DNA from: a virus
Taxonomy: Duplodnaviria; Caudoviricetes
Direction: 5' to 3' (one strand)
Length of the DNA stretch: 56,372 nucleotides
Virus record (IMG/VR): IMGVR_UViG_3300044641_005442
Location: 1-56,372 of that record
A program made the position numbers and the translations under genes. Shown piece by piece: positions 42,401 through 49,486 of this stretch (its first letter is position 1; each line of letters begins with the position of its first letter). The notes below the pieces were generated by a model. That model made no database searches, was not told the origin of the DNA, and worked only from the letters and a program-made list of their open reading frames with translations.

Positions 42401-42794
42401 AGCCACCAGGTGAAGAAGATGGAACTGAACAACAACATGGTGTGCATCGACCGGCAAATTCATTGTAATATGCGTTAGTTATATCAAAATTACCGTATAA
42501 ATCTGTAAATCTACCACATAAACATCCATCAGCAGAACATGTCCTACAACATTTTGGGCAAGAACTGGGTCCACCACCACCCGGTCCTCCACCACCACTC
42601 GAAGCTGCTGCTATTGAATAATTTCTTCCATATGATTGTGCGCCTGGACGATTAATTTTTAAAACTATCAAATCTTGATCAGATACAGGACATGCGCTAT
42701 CTAATTCAGTATCAAATAAAGTTACGAATTGATCTTTTAAAATTGGGTCACAGCACGTATTCGAAGTCGTACAACAACATTTTCTTGATATCAT
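36435..42794 (-). CDS. Giant Cys-rich protein with RCC1/BLIP-II-like repeats (putative virion adhesin)
   Basis: 2119 aa; starts MISRKCCC; repeats VDVAAGAKHCVAITGDG, INVGAGQYHSIAVSSDQNLKVWG, QVDGGPDYSLAV...IIWG; late TAAATA at 42816. Confidence 0.7.
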   Translation of the reverse strand: MISRKCCCTTSNTCCDPILKDQFVTLFDTELDSACPVSDQDLIVLKINRPGAQSYGRNYSIAAASSGGGGPGGGGPSSCPKCCRTCSADGCLCGRFTDLYGNFDITNAYYNEFAGRCTPCCCSVPSSSPGGCSDSCQCRYVNTDITCGCPGLPDCPPGDGVTNKQTPNNVPSIFKKFVNRVFKNPPSFMDQYKITSLGYLSSLDVNTNKKLKENEKQVTQTTNKINFQNERFKSKLEFLSRCKKCLQDNNIDIDCVDDDISINCQNKNTNICENCSEECSNFCDPIYGGTPQQIKNSEMLLSNVNYQDDMIALDPELDTTDIYAGKTDVSNLVKSLGEGDYGNNQTIPVGQNPCTKCVFSGGNPAAPPIYFIYRYSSCNFIWYPPEYVFNYNRTPSQCPGYLNPKGIKTCDYFFGRVNGTDGSSEGNFELTCGQNVFDSGDTDCSRDYNSYPCQCTQFPHLSGGIYDTLQRRINVSKKQFFGGYIAGKNPFLPKVNISELGCCTCFTTQSASNTSGTCSQSGELFNTRRGKYLSYPKASGWGSSIQAIGIGCTENILISPPAYNPNYRTSCFSRGISPYLSRISISLYTLAFDIFHYGSDNPAQQETLGATYRSSSILEDGKKWTALRFTKMYNKKDSLYNKLVGIVSLEHHFESWAYHSKAPFSPQPPLLMNHALILLLPYERPYAGFVKPCSFQYEPRAAMRWQILHYTPRTVMYGSSGVPIFFSDLYAFEHLSREKNILIEGETFNGSKFLEQYYLYFYNNLIKPSVVGEPYVEPKDVAMYSYVSTCLTEMIRYNIISIKDHAKDIADELIEILDQITVETIDSESVVVFPNNFIKTQIGGSAGYNYLITFLKRLIGFDAGNNTITDWASLKPYVTAKVIKRMINPESLRYSVNLATKKSLPGPMFLGPRRVKLIPTPLSSGLTAWGCENAGCDTYDPYPLDIQSNVNLVYSSVHTNDLGTNFAITVNGKVQITGNNSLPECLIDSDPANFTRSLGCVPLHLSYRQDLQENPDDAAPGSIEKISCKGKFAVALVSYGAFPIGNHRGNNGTVANRRLDSNSGVQAISSGPSDPNYGGVYRGDTPTVGYWGVYPSCPGYGYGVNDNTFALKTWGPDNTYGIFYNPPGGLYYCPSSNDESIRPNGVANTMPLKNRYRLWVDVAAGAKHCVAITGDGCLFVTPDSDNTYDQMSYGKAPAAVSVESDLTYIENMPVPGYFKDIEWNGDSLSLWKTTNCSNIIPYNDNTRKKCDIRCYLYSVNNFYDLNSAIDGTPGYYDITPERPFYINVGAGQYHSIAVSSDQNLKVWGSYVKVDQSGNVLQPNQQDITGNTGINPIPAFTPINLINPDKWTLGGITLGCRGVNEDDPDNYVYTTAKKDPATIKIFQVDGGPDYSLAVTGSDTPVNVIIWGHSEMVSALNNTAISGLTGSDTKSYNYIEKIIAGVNSFGVLYRRQNNAQKFLDIFTRPSRNTQGSYDFGVNKLPYTEYDFEDAALSYGHAIGIVNSGFRINTWKQSSFNTYTGHNLLQFTSTGDLPLYFQSQAFFRCVKGHWDFSKWLFGRSCKQLQGEEQDNEVILKDECSIYWKKGEANLCFTGHPKYYWMKPNDRRYQKVTPLHTRDPQEDLTGCGLMRDENGDDGLQPIDYGTGNGAGINGDTNRQLGGLIGGCYSGIGDICWVGDGSPSAFQYSKQETQFGTGFRCDCEDVCGCPPESETYYKYACGGPKSFVGLGTNCFDGSVYGRSGFSSNKDFFVQSHKYFGKTSASQAVDEGVGGVCCGVVDTNITYFYYAKKCFYYGYNSTTGLYEVKDAPLKYRSYYWGDGRTGANPGATSAVYMNYTMTPEDCIVKYYQVDYYMQYPTVYVGGNRLQQLKQSFSSSINLGSRSTACQDCYCSADEVCSPTNTCQFCSGCKDKKAGANLLGPGGWIYNPGAACRAGNIGNGVPVHSGGSLSSSIALFDKTLYLEAGASTYLGPLVKFGPYTGRLPPGFTALCYTGPACPCPNYDAQCAGCNLQCNANAVYDVLEEYDIDDLTKYNLVGDKITYTEQQTLKLFRVYEELKSTWIPTGMTLDPVAFQGGWDLSSGCGNDNIDRFYAFLKYQDGNTSMIAVASDLTCVALTN

Positions 42795-42833
42795 AAATTA
42801 ATCACCTGTTACATCTATTTAGGTGCCCAAATA

Positions 42834-42863
42834 AAAAACCACCCCATTACTGGAGTGGTTTTT
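42834..42863 (-). terminator. Intrinsic terminator after the small HTH gene
   Basis: AAAAACCAC-...-GTGGTTTTT inverted repeat with A/T tails. Confidence 0.65.
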
Positions 42864-42887
42864 GAAAGGCTAAACTTTTTTGAAAGT

Positions 42888-43124
42888 TTAGCGGGAACGC
42901 GTATTTTGCAGACGGTAGAAGGTACGACCCTTCTTAGTCTCACGAACCACGTCCATACGATGACCGAAGGTGTCAAATGCTTCACGAAGATCGCTCATCG
43001 TAGCACGGACATTTCGAATCTTGAACATGGATCGTGCCTTGCCCTCAGTCAGGGTGTTTCCCCGTGACATATAGTTGCAAACACGCTGAATCTTAGTCGG
43101 ACGCTTGATATTAGTAACATTCAT
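42888..43124 (-). CDS. Small basic winged-HTH DNA-binding protein
   Basis: RV.NYM..G..LT...A...F.I.N.RA.MS.LR; start reassigned to ATG 43124 (GAAAGG RBS, promoter overlaps the longer ORF call). Confidence 0.6.
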   Translation of the reverse strand: MNVTNIKRPTKIQRVCNYMSRGNTLTEGKARSMFKIRNVRATMSDLREAFDTFGHRMDVVRETKKGRTFYRLQNTRSR

Positions 43125-43148
43125 ATTAGTAACCTTTCTATATTGCAT

Positions 43149-43177
43149 ATTATAATACAAATTAAGGGTATTGTCAA
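43149..43177 (-). promoter_or_regulatory. Consensus sigma70 promoter
   Basis: TTGACA-17-TATAAT on the minus strand. Confidence 0.75.
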
Positions 43178-43255
43178 GCCCCTATTTTAATAAAAAAAAT
43201 ATTGTCTTTTAGGGCATTTTTATTCATAAATAGTTCTAACGGAGGCTCCTACGCC

Positions 43256-43852
43256 ATGACTCGCAAACACCGTCAGTTTGTCTCCCATGTGCGTAAACAT
43301 TTAAAACTTTATAATGGTAAATTGGTCATAGGACGCGGTAAGGCTATCAATGTTGAAGGTAGCCGTTGTTCCGGGTGTTTTGATGATAATAACATAATAA
43401 TTTCTGTAGCCAGAAAAGCACCAAATTTTTTAGATGTTCTCTTACACGAATATTGCCATTTTTTACAATGGATTCAAAAATCAAAAATTTACAATACAGC
43501 CGATAGACATTGTTCTATTGTAGTTGACTGGTTTGCTGGAAAAGATTATTCCGTAAAAACCATTAAAAAAGCATTTTACTGGGTTCGTAAGATGGAACGT
43601 GAATGCGAACAATTTGCTGTAAAATTGATACACAAGTACGATCTTCCGATTGACAAAAAGAAATATATCAAGCAAGCAAATTGCTATATCTATACCCATT
43701 TTATCATGGAAGAAACACGCAAATTTTGGATGTTTAAAAAGAACCCATACAAGAATAAAGCAGTGCAAAAAACCATGCCTTCAAATTTTAAGGCACAGAG
43801 TCATAGCACGCTACCTAAGAATGTTAGAACAGCCTTATTACGCTGCGTCTAA
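43256..43852 (+). CDS. HExxH zinc metallopeptidase-like protein
   Basis: VLLHEYCHFLQW and downstream MERECE; start moved to ATG 43256 (GGAGG at 43241, TAAATA at 43227). Confidence 0.65.
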   Translation: MTRKHRQFVSHVRKHLKLYNGKLVIGRGKAINVEGSRCSGCFDDNNIIISVARKAPNFLDVLLHEYCHFLQWIQKSKIYNTADRHCSIVVDWFAGKDYSVKTIKKAFYWVRKMERECEQFAVKLIHKYDLPIDKKKYIKQANCYIYTHFIMEETRKFWMFKKNPYKNKAVQKTMPSNFKAQSHSTLPKNVRTALLRCV

Positions 43853-44152
43853 TTTTCTTATTTCTTCCCATCTATCTTCTTGAGGAAAATAGCCTTTATG
43901 GATAAGTTCGGTGATGAAATCATCCATCATTCCTAAAACTTCTTTATCCACAGGGCATATTTGTTCCCCGTTCAATTCAATGGGGCCCGTGCCAGACTTA
44001 AGTCCATAACAAACTGCTAGATCGCATTGTTTCACAAGGTCATCTGTATATTCAAGTAGACTAGCTACTTGGTAAAATAGATCCTTACGAGAAGGATCTA
44101 TTTCTTTGCGAGCCAACAAACGGATTTCGTAGGTTAGTTCTGTTATTTTCAT
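43838..44152 (-). CDS. Hypothetical protein
   Basis: 104-aa ORF coupled to the upstream gene by an ATGA overlap. Confidence 0.6.
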   Translation of the reverse strand: MKITELTYEIRLLARKEIDPSRKDLFYQVASLLEYTDDLVKQCDLAVCYGLKSGTGPIELNGEQICPVDKEVLGMMDDFITELIHKGYFPQEDRWEEIRKLDAA

Positions 44153-44508
44153 GTCAGGCGAAGAAGATACTTTGTATGCTGAAGAACAGCAAGCATCTCA
44201 TCTCTGATATTTAGTAGCTCTGTGTCATTTTCTGACAAATTTGTTGTCATATTTTCAAGGTATCGAATACCATCCTGGAGCACTTCTTTGGTGTTTTTCT
44301 CCGAATAATTTTCAATATTAATCTTAAAAGTTTCTTTGGCGTTTACGTTGCCATATTTACCGAAGTAAGTCTCTACAAAGTTGTCTACAATGCCGTCTAG
44401 AGCCGTGTAGGCGTGTCCTAAGGCTTTATGCTCGGAATAGGACTTAGTTTGCCAATGAAGCAGTCTCAATTGATTCTGCAGGGTTAGTAGAGGTGTTATT
44501 ATTTGCAT
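44149..44508 (-). CDS. Ferritin/Dps-like four-helix protein (DUF5856-like)
   Basis: LHWQT.SY.EHKALG..Y..L....D.FVE...GKYG, L.NIRDEML.......YLL. Confidence 0.75.
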   Translation of the reverse strand: MQIITPLLTLQNQLRLLHWQTKSYSEHKALGHAYTALDGIVDNFVETYFGKYGNVNAKETFKINIENYSEKNTKEVLQDGIRYLENMTTNLSENDTELLNIRDEMLAVLQHTKYLLRLT

Positions 44509-44524
44509 ACCAGATATTTATCAA

Positions 44525-44595
44525 TTGCTTGATTAGGATTCGAACCTAAACAAAAACCTTCAAAGGGTTCGGTGCTACCGTTACACCATCAAGCA
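44525..44595 (-). tRNA. tRNA-Gln (anticodon UUG), CCA not encoded
   Basis: Reverse complement folds as TGCTTGA/TCAAGCA acceptor stem, D arm with GG, GAACC-CTTTGAA-GGTTT anticodon arm, TTAGG-TTCGAAT-CCTAA T arm. Confidence 0.93.
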
Positions 44596-44611
44596 AAAAA
44601 GCCCCAAATTT

Positions 44612-45175
44612 TTATACTCCGAGGCCCAGAGTTTGTGTGATTTTGGAACAATAAGAATTCATTAAAATTCCACTGGCAGTACCAACATTAATACTTCGCA
44701 CAGAACCGTACTGTGGAATATACAAAATATCATTACAGATATTTAAAATTTCTGTTGGTACACCAATTTGTTCTTGTCCAAAAATCATTATGTAATGAAT
44801 ATTTGGATCAAAATCATAAGTGCTTACATCCTTAGCAGTAGGAACATTATCGATTCCTATGAGTCGGATCTGTCCTCCGGTGTCACATGATTTGGATTCA
44901 ATAAACGATCCAAAATCATCAATATTTCGTACATGACGAAAATTGGTATAATGGTGAGTACCAACAGTACCACGCCTATCATATTTTTTATTGCCATAGA
45001 TAATTACTTCTTTCGCCAGAAACGCATTAGCGTTTCGTATAACGGTGGCAATATTAAAATCATTGCCAATATTACAACAGACAACTGAATAATTAAAACG
45101 TTTATCGTCCAAATCGGATAAGATTGCATCATGTTCCCAATAATGGTAATGATCAATTATATTACGTGTTTCCAT
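44612..45175 (-). CDS. SpoU/TrmH-family RNA 2'-O-methyltransferase
   Basis: N....NI.T.IRNA.AF, IFGQE..GV, YIP.YG..RS.NV..A.GI SPOUT motifs. Confidence 0.9.
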   Translation of the reverse strand: METRNIIDHYHYWEHDAILSDLDDKRFNYSVVCCNIGNDFNIATVIRNANAFLAKEVIIYGNKKYDRRGTVGTHHYTNFRHVRNIDDFGSFIESKSCDTGGQIRLIGIDNVPTAKDVSTYDFDPNIHYIMIFGQEQIGVPTEILNICNDILYIPQYGSVRSINVGTASGILMNSYCSKITQTLGLGV

Positions 45176-45178
45176 TGG

Positions 45179-45559
45179 TTAATCCTCTAATTTAAGAATT
45201 CCGTCATCACTTGTATAAAAGATATCATGAAAAATATCAGCACACCATTTGTGACATATTGGACATGGTTTAGCATTTCTGTAAACACCAAACCGATTAA
45301 ATCTAAAATTAAGAAGGACTAATTTTTTATCACGATAACTTCTTGGGATTTTTCTGAATGCATCTAACTCAGAATGCATCTCAGGATACCTATACCCAAG
45401 TTTTACACTTTGTGGATGAGTCTTATACTCATTTTGACCAATAGCAACAATTTCTTTTTTGTACAAAATAATAGAAATATGTTTCTTTTGTCTTTCCATT
45501 GCCATTGATATAGGTTTGGCAATAGGAACATAAAGTTTAGTTATCGTGTTTATATCCAA
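45179..45559 (-). CDS. Zinc-dependent cytidine/adenosine deaminase-fold protein
   Basis: HSELDA (HxE) and KPCPIC (PCxxC); TTG start. Confidence 0.8.
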   Translation of the reverse strand: MDINTITKLYVPIAKPISMAMERQKKHISIILYKKEIVAIGQNEYKTHPQSVKLGYRYPEMHSELDAFRKIPRSYRDKKLVLLNFRFNRFGVYRNAKPCPICHKWCADIFHDIFYTSDDGILKLED

Positions 45560-45560
45560 T

Positions 45561-45860
45561 TTAATCCATCGTCAACTTTAACTTCGAAGACTTCGAAGGA
45601 GCAACGATTCCTTTGTTTAGGTTAGCATCATATTGATTCTTCAGTGCAGCGACTGGGCTTACATGAAAAACAATAAATGATTTTGGAATAGTAACACCTT
45701 GGGAAATGTCCGTATACATCATCCAAGGCATCATACCAATTTGCCCCTGTTCCATTGGAATTAAAACTGCTGGGTCTTTAAAGACATAGCCTGTTTCGGT
45801 TTCTTCGTATCGAGTCAAAATTTCTTCGCCTGAGTTTAGTCTAAATAGTTGAACGTTCAT
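45561..45860 (-). CDS. Sm-like-fold phage protein
   Basis: V.L.RL.SGEEI.......KDP..L......G..PWM.Y. Confidence 0.65.
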   Translation of the reverse strand: MNVQLFRLNSGEEILTRYEETETGYVFKDPAVLIPMEQGQIGMMPWMMYTDISQGVTIPKSFIVFHVSPVAALKNQYDANLNKGIVAPSKSSKLKLTMD

Positions 45861-45879
45861 TGTATGTTTCCTTTGTCAT

Positions 45880-45907
45880 ATTATACCATGAACTAGAACA
45901 AAGTCAA
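45880..45907 (-). promoter_or_regulatory. Sigma70-type promoter for the Sm-like/deaminase/SpoU/tRNA unit
   Basis: TTGACT-16-TATAAT with extended TG. Confidence 0.65.
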
Positions 45908-45917
45908 AGGTTATTAT

Positions 45918-46790
45918 ATGCTAAGATTTAAACAATTTTTGATGGAAGCACCCTTACCGCCTGTCAGAAAAGATTTACAAGATTTTGTTCGACCTTATGA
46001 AATACAGGGAAATGAAGATCAAATCTTGGGGCTTCATGGTAGTGCAGCAGATCCTACAATTGGTGTTGGTCATAGTTTAAATGACTCAGAATCTTCTAGA
46101 AAAAAATTACAAACAGTTGCTCCAGATATTAGTTATGAAAATTTACGTTCTGGAAAAGCAAAGTTAACAAAAGATCAGGTTCAGAGTTTAAGTGATTTGG
46201 ATACCGATGAGCACATACAAAGATTGAGAGATCTTGTTCCCGATATAGATGATTATACACCAGACGCACAAAAAGGATTGTACTCCTCAACATATAGAGG
46301 AACACTAGGCGGATCACCAAAAGCTTTAAGCTTATTAAAACAAAAACAATATGATGCGGCTGCTGATGAACTTTTAAATAATGCTGAATACAGAGCATCT
46401 AGAGATGGTGTACCAATTAAAGGTAAATTACTTCCAGGAATTGCAAAGAGAATGGAGGCTGAAAGTGCTCTAATTCGAGGAGAATCAGATCGCAGAAATA
46501 ATAATCTTCCACTCACAGGAAAAGCAGTAAAAACAGCAATATCTGTTTTACCAAAAGCAATAGATACAGTTACAAAATTAGCTGAACCACTTGGTGGAAC
46601 TCCAACACAACCTAAAAAGAATAAACCGGTATCACCAGTAGTTGACAATGACCATACGATTCAAAGTGGCGAAACGTTATGGAAATTAACTAAAGGTGAT
46701 CCGGCTAAGATTAAACAAATTCAAGCAGCCAATCCTGGCTTAGACCCAAACAAATTAAGTGTGGGTCAAAAAATTAAAATGCCTCGTTAA
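45918..46790 (+). CDS. T4-lysozyme-like (GH24) muramidase with C-terminal LysM
   Basis: E...PTIGVGH, YDAAA.ELL, R; C-terminal HTIQSGETLWKL....I...NP.L.PN.L.VGQKIK.P. Confidence 0.82.
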   Translation: MLRFKQFLMEAPLPPVRKDLQDFVRPYEIQGNEDQILGLHGSAADPTIGVGHSLNDSESSRKKLQTVAPDISYENLRSGKAKLTKDQVQSLSDLDTDEHIQRLRDLVPDIDDYTPDAQKGLYSSTYRGTLGGSPKALSLLKQKQYDAAADELLNNAEYRASRDGVPIKGKLLPGIAKRMEAESALIRGESDRRNNNLPLTGKAVKTAISVLPKAIDTVTKLAEPLGGTPTQPKKNKPVSPVVDNDHTIQSGETLWKLTKGDPAKIKQIQAANPGLDPNKLSVGQKIKMPR

Positions 46791-47299
46791 ACTAAAATAA
46801 CTTTATTTGATAGCATTGCAGATGTAAACCACATAGGTTCATTTCCTAACTTCCACTTAGCAAATTTAGCTTTCTCTCCAAGATAATATGCACGATATGC
46901 GGTTACTCCATCAACATTCTTGTATTGTTCTGGCATTGCTTGTGCAAAGTCAGTACAAATAGTATTTGGGAGATTGCTTGGTGCATTTTTAGTAAACCAA
47001 TATGCCATATCAGTAGATTTATGGATTTTACCATAATAACGACTACTATATTCATTTGTTAATTCAAATGTATGATTAGCCAACCAATAATAATTTGATT
47101 TAGATGCTCTTGCCCAAATAGTACATGGGTGATTATGAAAACATGGTTTGTACAATGTTATTTTATTATCTTGTACTGTATCTAAAGAATGAACTGTTGA
47201 AAGCATTTGACAACCTTCAAGAATCATTTTTACGACGTGTTTGTCACACATCATTTGAGCAGCAATAAGAGGATCTTTATCTAAAGCAAAAATATTCAT
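46787..47299 (-). CDS. Pyrimidine-dimer DNA glycosylase / endonuclease V-like family protein
   Basis: MNIF.LD.DP..AA...CDKHVVKMILE..QMLST.H, HPCT.W, R.YGK.H, QAMP..YK, AYR.YY. Confidence 0.75.
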   Translation of the reverse strand: MNIFALDKDPLIAAQMMCDKHVVKMILEGCQMLSTVHSLDTVQDNKITLYKPCFHNHPCTIWARASKSNYYWLANHTFELTNEYSSRYYGKIHKSTDMAYWFTKNAPSNLPNTICTDFAQAMPEQYKNVDGVTAYRAYYLGEKAKFAKWKLGNEPMWFTSAMLSNKVILV

Positions 47300-48330
47300 A
47301 TTTCATTCTCTTCAAAAATATTGTTGATAGTACGATTCACTTTCACCATTGTACCATTGGTGTATAAAGAAGGCAAATCAAAAGCACCAACGTAAGAACA
47401 AGCCGAGCGCAAACCACCAAGAATTTCTTGTATCGTATTGTATACAGGTCCACGGTAAGGAACCTCCACTGTACGTCCCTCTGACGCACGATATGTGGAC
47501 AGCCCACCATTGTATTTTTCATTTGCAGTTTTGCTGCTCATGCCGTAATGCAACATCGTAAGCTGTCCATGCTCTTTATGACGAATTTCACCGCCACACT
47601 CGTCATGTCCGGCAAACATCCCACCAATCATAACAAATGCAGCACCAGCAACAAAAGATTTTGCAATATCACCAGAATGTACTATTCCACCATCAGCAAC
47701 GATCCCAATATCTAATGCTGCTGCGGTTTCTGCACACTCCATTACTGCGGACAATTGTGGGTAACCCACTCCCGCTATTCTCCGTGTCAGGCACATTGAC
47801 CCGGCACCTATTCCCACTTTCACTAAGTCTGCACCAGCAAGCGACAATGCTTCCACTCCGTCTGATGTCACTACGTTCCCTGCTACAATTATCGACTTCG
47901 GACATTTCTCTCTTACCTTTCTAACAAAAGAATGAAACTCTTTCATATACCCATTTGCTACATCTAAGCAAATAAACGTTGGATCATTTGTATGTGGAGT
48001 ATCAACCCACAATTTACTTTGTGCATCTAGTCCTAAACTCAAAGCAACATATTGTTCTTTATCAGGATACTGAGATACAAAGGATTCGTAATAATCAAAA
48101 CCTTTTTTAAGACAAGTTACAATCTTATGTTCTGAAAGAGATAAAGCCATCTTATGTGTACCGATGGTAGACATATTTGTTGCCATAATTGGAATACCAT
48201 TCCAAACTCTACCACTTTTAAAAGTCGTTGAAACTTCTAGCTTTACATCATTTCTAGATTTTACATCAGAAAGTCGTGGTACAATCAGAACATCAGAGTA
48301 ATCAAGTTTTGGTTCGTAATTTACGATCAT
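47296..48330 (-). CDS. guaC: GMP reductase
   Basis: KLDY.DVLI.P..S...SR..V.L, C.DVANGY, KVGIG.GS.C.TR...GVGYPQLSA, ADGG, YGMSS, YRASEG. Confidence 0.93.
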   Translation of the reverse strand: MIVNYEPKLDYSDVLIVPRLSDVKSRNDVKLEVSTTFKSGRVWNGIPIMATNMSTIGTHKMALSLSEHKIVTCLKKGFDYYESFVSQYPDKEQYVALSLGLDAQSKLWVDTPHTNDPTFICLDVANGYMKEFHSFVRKVREKCPKSIIVAGNVVTSDGVEALSLAGADLVKVGIGAGSMCLTRRIAGVGYPQLSAVMECAETAAALDIGIVADGGIVHSGDIAKSFVAGAAFVMIGGMFAGHDECGGEIRHKEHGQLTMLHYGMSSKTANEKYNGGLSTYRASEGRTVEVPYRGPVYNTIQEILGGLRSACSYVGAFDLPSLYTNGTMVKVNRTINNIFEENEI

Positions 48331-48336
48331 GCGTAT

Positions 48337-48365
48337 ATTTTACCACACTATAACACCAACGTCAA
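48337..48365 (-). promoter_or_regulatory. Sigma70-type promoter for guaC (predicted leaderless mRNA)
   Basis: TTGACG-17-TAAAAT with extended TG; -10 ends 6 nt before the ATG at 48330. Confidence 0.55.
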
Positions 48366-48367
48366 TG

Positions 48368-48550
48368 TTATTTGCCGCTGTTTTCAATTCTTTGTATTAT
48401 ATGGGTAAGATTCAACATTTCGGTGGCTAACTCTTTGGATGTCATTTTATCCAATAAGTATGCTTCATAATTTTTGATTAAGAGTTTAGCTTCTCTTAAT
48501 AGAAGAGCATTTAGATGACGTTCAGTTTTTAAATCTTTAAAGTCTTCCAT
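48368..48550 (-). CDS. Hypothetical protein
   Basis: 60-aa ORF fitting the minus-strand gene run. Confidence 0.55.
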   Translation of the reverse strand: MEDFKDLKTERHLNALLLREAKLLIKNYEAYLLDKMTSKELATEMLNLTHIIQRIENSGK

Positions 48551-48559
48551 TACTGATAT

Positions 48560-49225
48560 TTATTCTAAATCATCTGTGTCATCTCGTGTCATCGAAAGAA
48601 GATTGTCGGGGTAGAAAGAACTCCACTTTTGTTTGACTGTACTCCACAACAAAATACGACCATCACCTAATGGACTGAAGGCTGCTTGTCTTACATGTTC
48701 TTCGCCGTTAACAATACCTTCTTTTAGCGATCCCATTATGATAGCAACCTGACCATTTACTTTCATAACCAGAAAAGAAACAATACCATCTAATAGTTCT
48801 TCAATAATTTGATTTGGATTTATAAAGTCTGCAATATAAAGTTTGCCTTCTTTGGCAATTTTTACGGAAACATATTTATCGCTTAATGGATTAAATCCTT
48901 TTGGATATAATTGATCATCCATCTCCAAGTATACAGATAAACTTCCATATCTTTTAGAAAAATACGAAGAATACAATATATCATTCTCCATAACATTTTT
49001 TAAATTGTCTTTACGTTGTTCTGCTAAACCGTAAGTTTCAATTTCTTTATTTTCGTAAACATTATAACCAAATGAACTTTCATCAAAACCAAATTCTTTT
49101 TGGGCTTTTAATGCGTTGCGTTGTGCATCGATACTAGCCATTGCATCACGAACACTTGCACGTGGATCTCTCACGACATCCATGTCATCTGTACCGTTTT
49201 CTACAATTTCATAATCGTCAGCCAT
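48560..49225 (-). CDS. Hypothetical protein with C-terminal WYL_2/SH3-barrel-like domain
   Basis: L..GIV.F...KVNG......GSL...W......W.SF..DN resembles the DUF2693-type barrel. Confidence 0.5.
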   Translation of the reverse strand: MADDYEIVENGTDDMDVVRDPRASVRDAMASIDAQRNALKAQKEFGFDESSFGYNVYENKEIETYGLAEQRKDNLKNVMENDILYSSYFSKRYGSLSVYLEMDDQLYPKGFNPLSDKYVSVKIAKEGKLYIADFINPNQIIEELLDGIVSFLVMKVNGQVAIIMGSLKEGIVNGEEHVRQAAFSPLGDGRILLWSTVKQKWSSFYPDNLLSMTRDDTDDLE

Positions 49226-49470
49226 TATGCTACCTCAAATTTAGCCAACCCGTGTTTGATTTCCATTTGCTTTATATCAATATTTTTATTTTTTAATTCT
49301 TTTAAAATAGCAAAACACATTTCATTTGGTGTAAAAATATACACATCATGAAATGGTTGCATTTTTAAATTTTTAATTTTAGTTACAAATGCCTGATAAT
49401 CAAAATTATCTGATGATGGCATTAAATTAAAGATAGTCTCTCTAGAAGAAACTTTTTCTATTACTTTCAC
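49225..49470 (-). CDS. Hypothetical protein
   Basis: 81-aa ORF, GTG start, exact TATAAATA at 49476-49483. Confidence 0.55.
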   Translation of the reverse strand: MKVIEKVSSRETIFNLMPSSDNFDYQAFVTKIKNLKMQPFHDVYIFTPNEMCFAILKELKNKNIDIKQMEIKHGLAKFEVA

Positions 49471-49486
49471 ATATGTATTTATACAA

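Noticed and set aside
36435-42794. Diversity-generating retroelement target or intein in the giant protein
   Set aside because: No reverse transcriptase, no template/variable repeat pair and no intein motifs seen by eye
47296-48330. IMP dehydrogenase (guaB)
   Set aside because: Length, lack of CBS domains and the DVANGY, GVGYPQLSA and YRASEG motifs fit GuaC better
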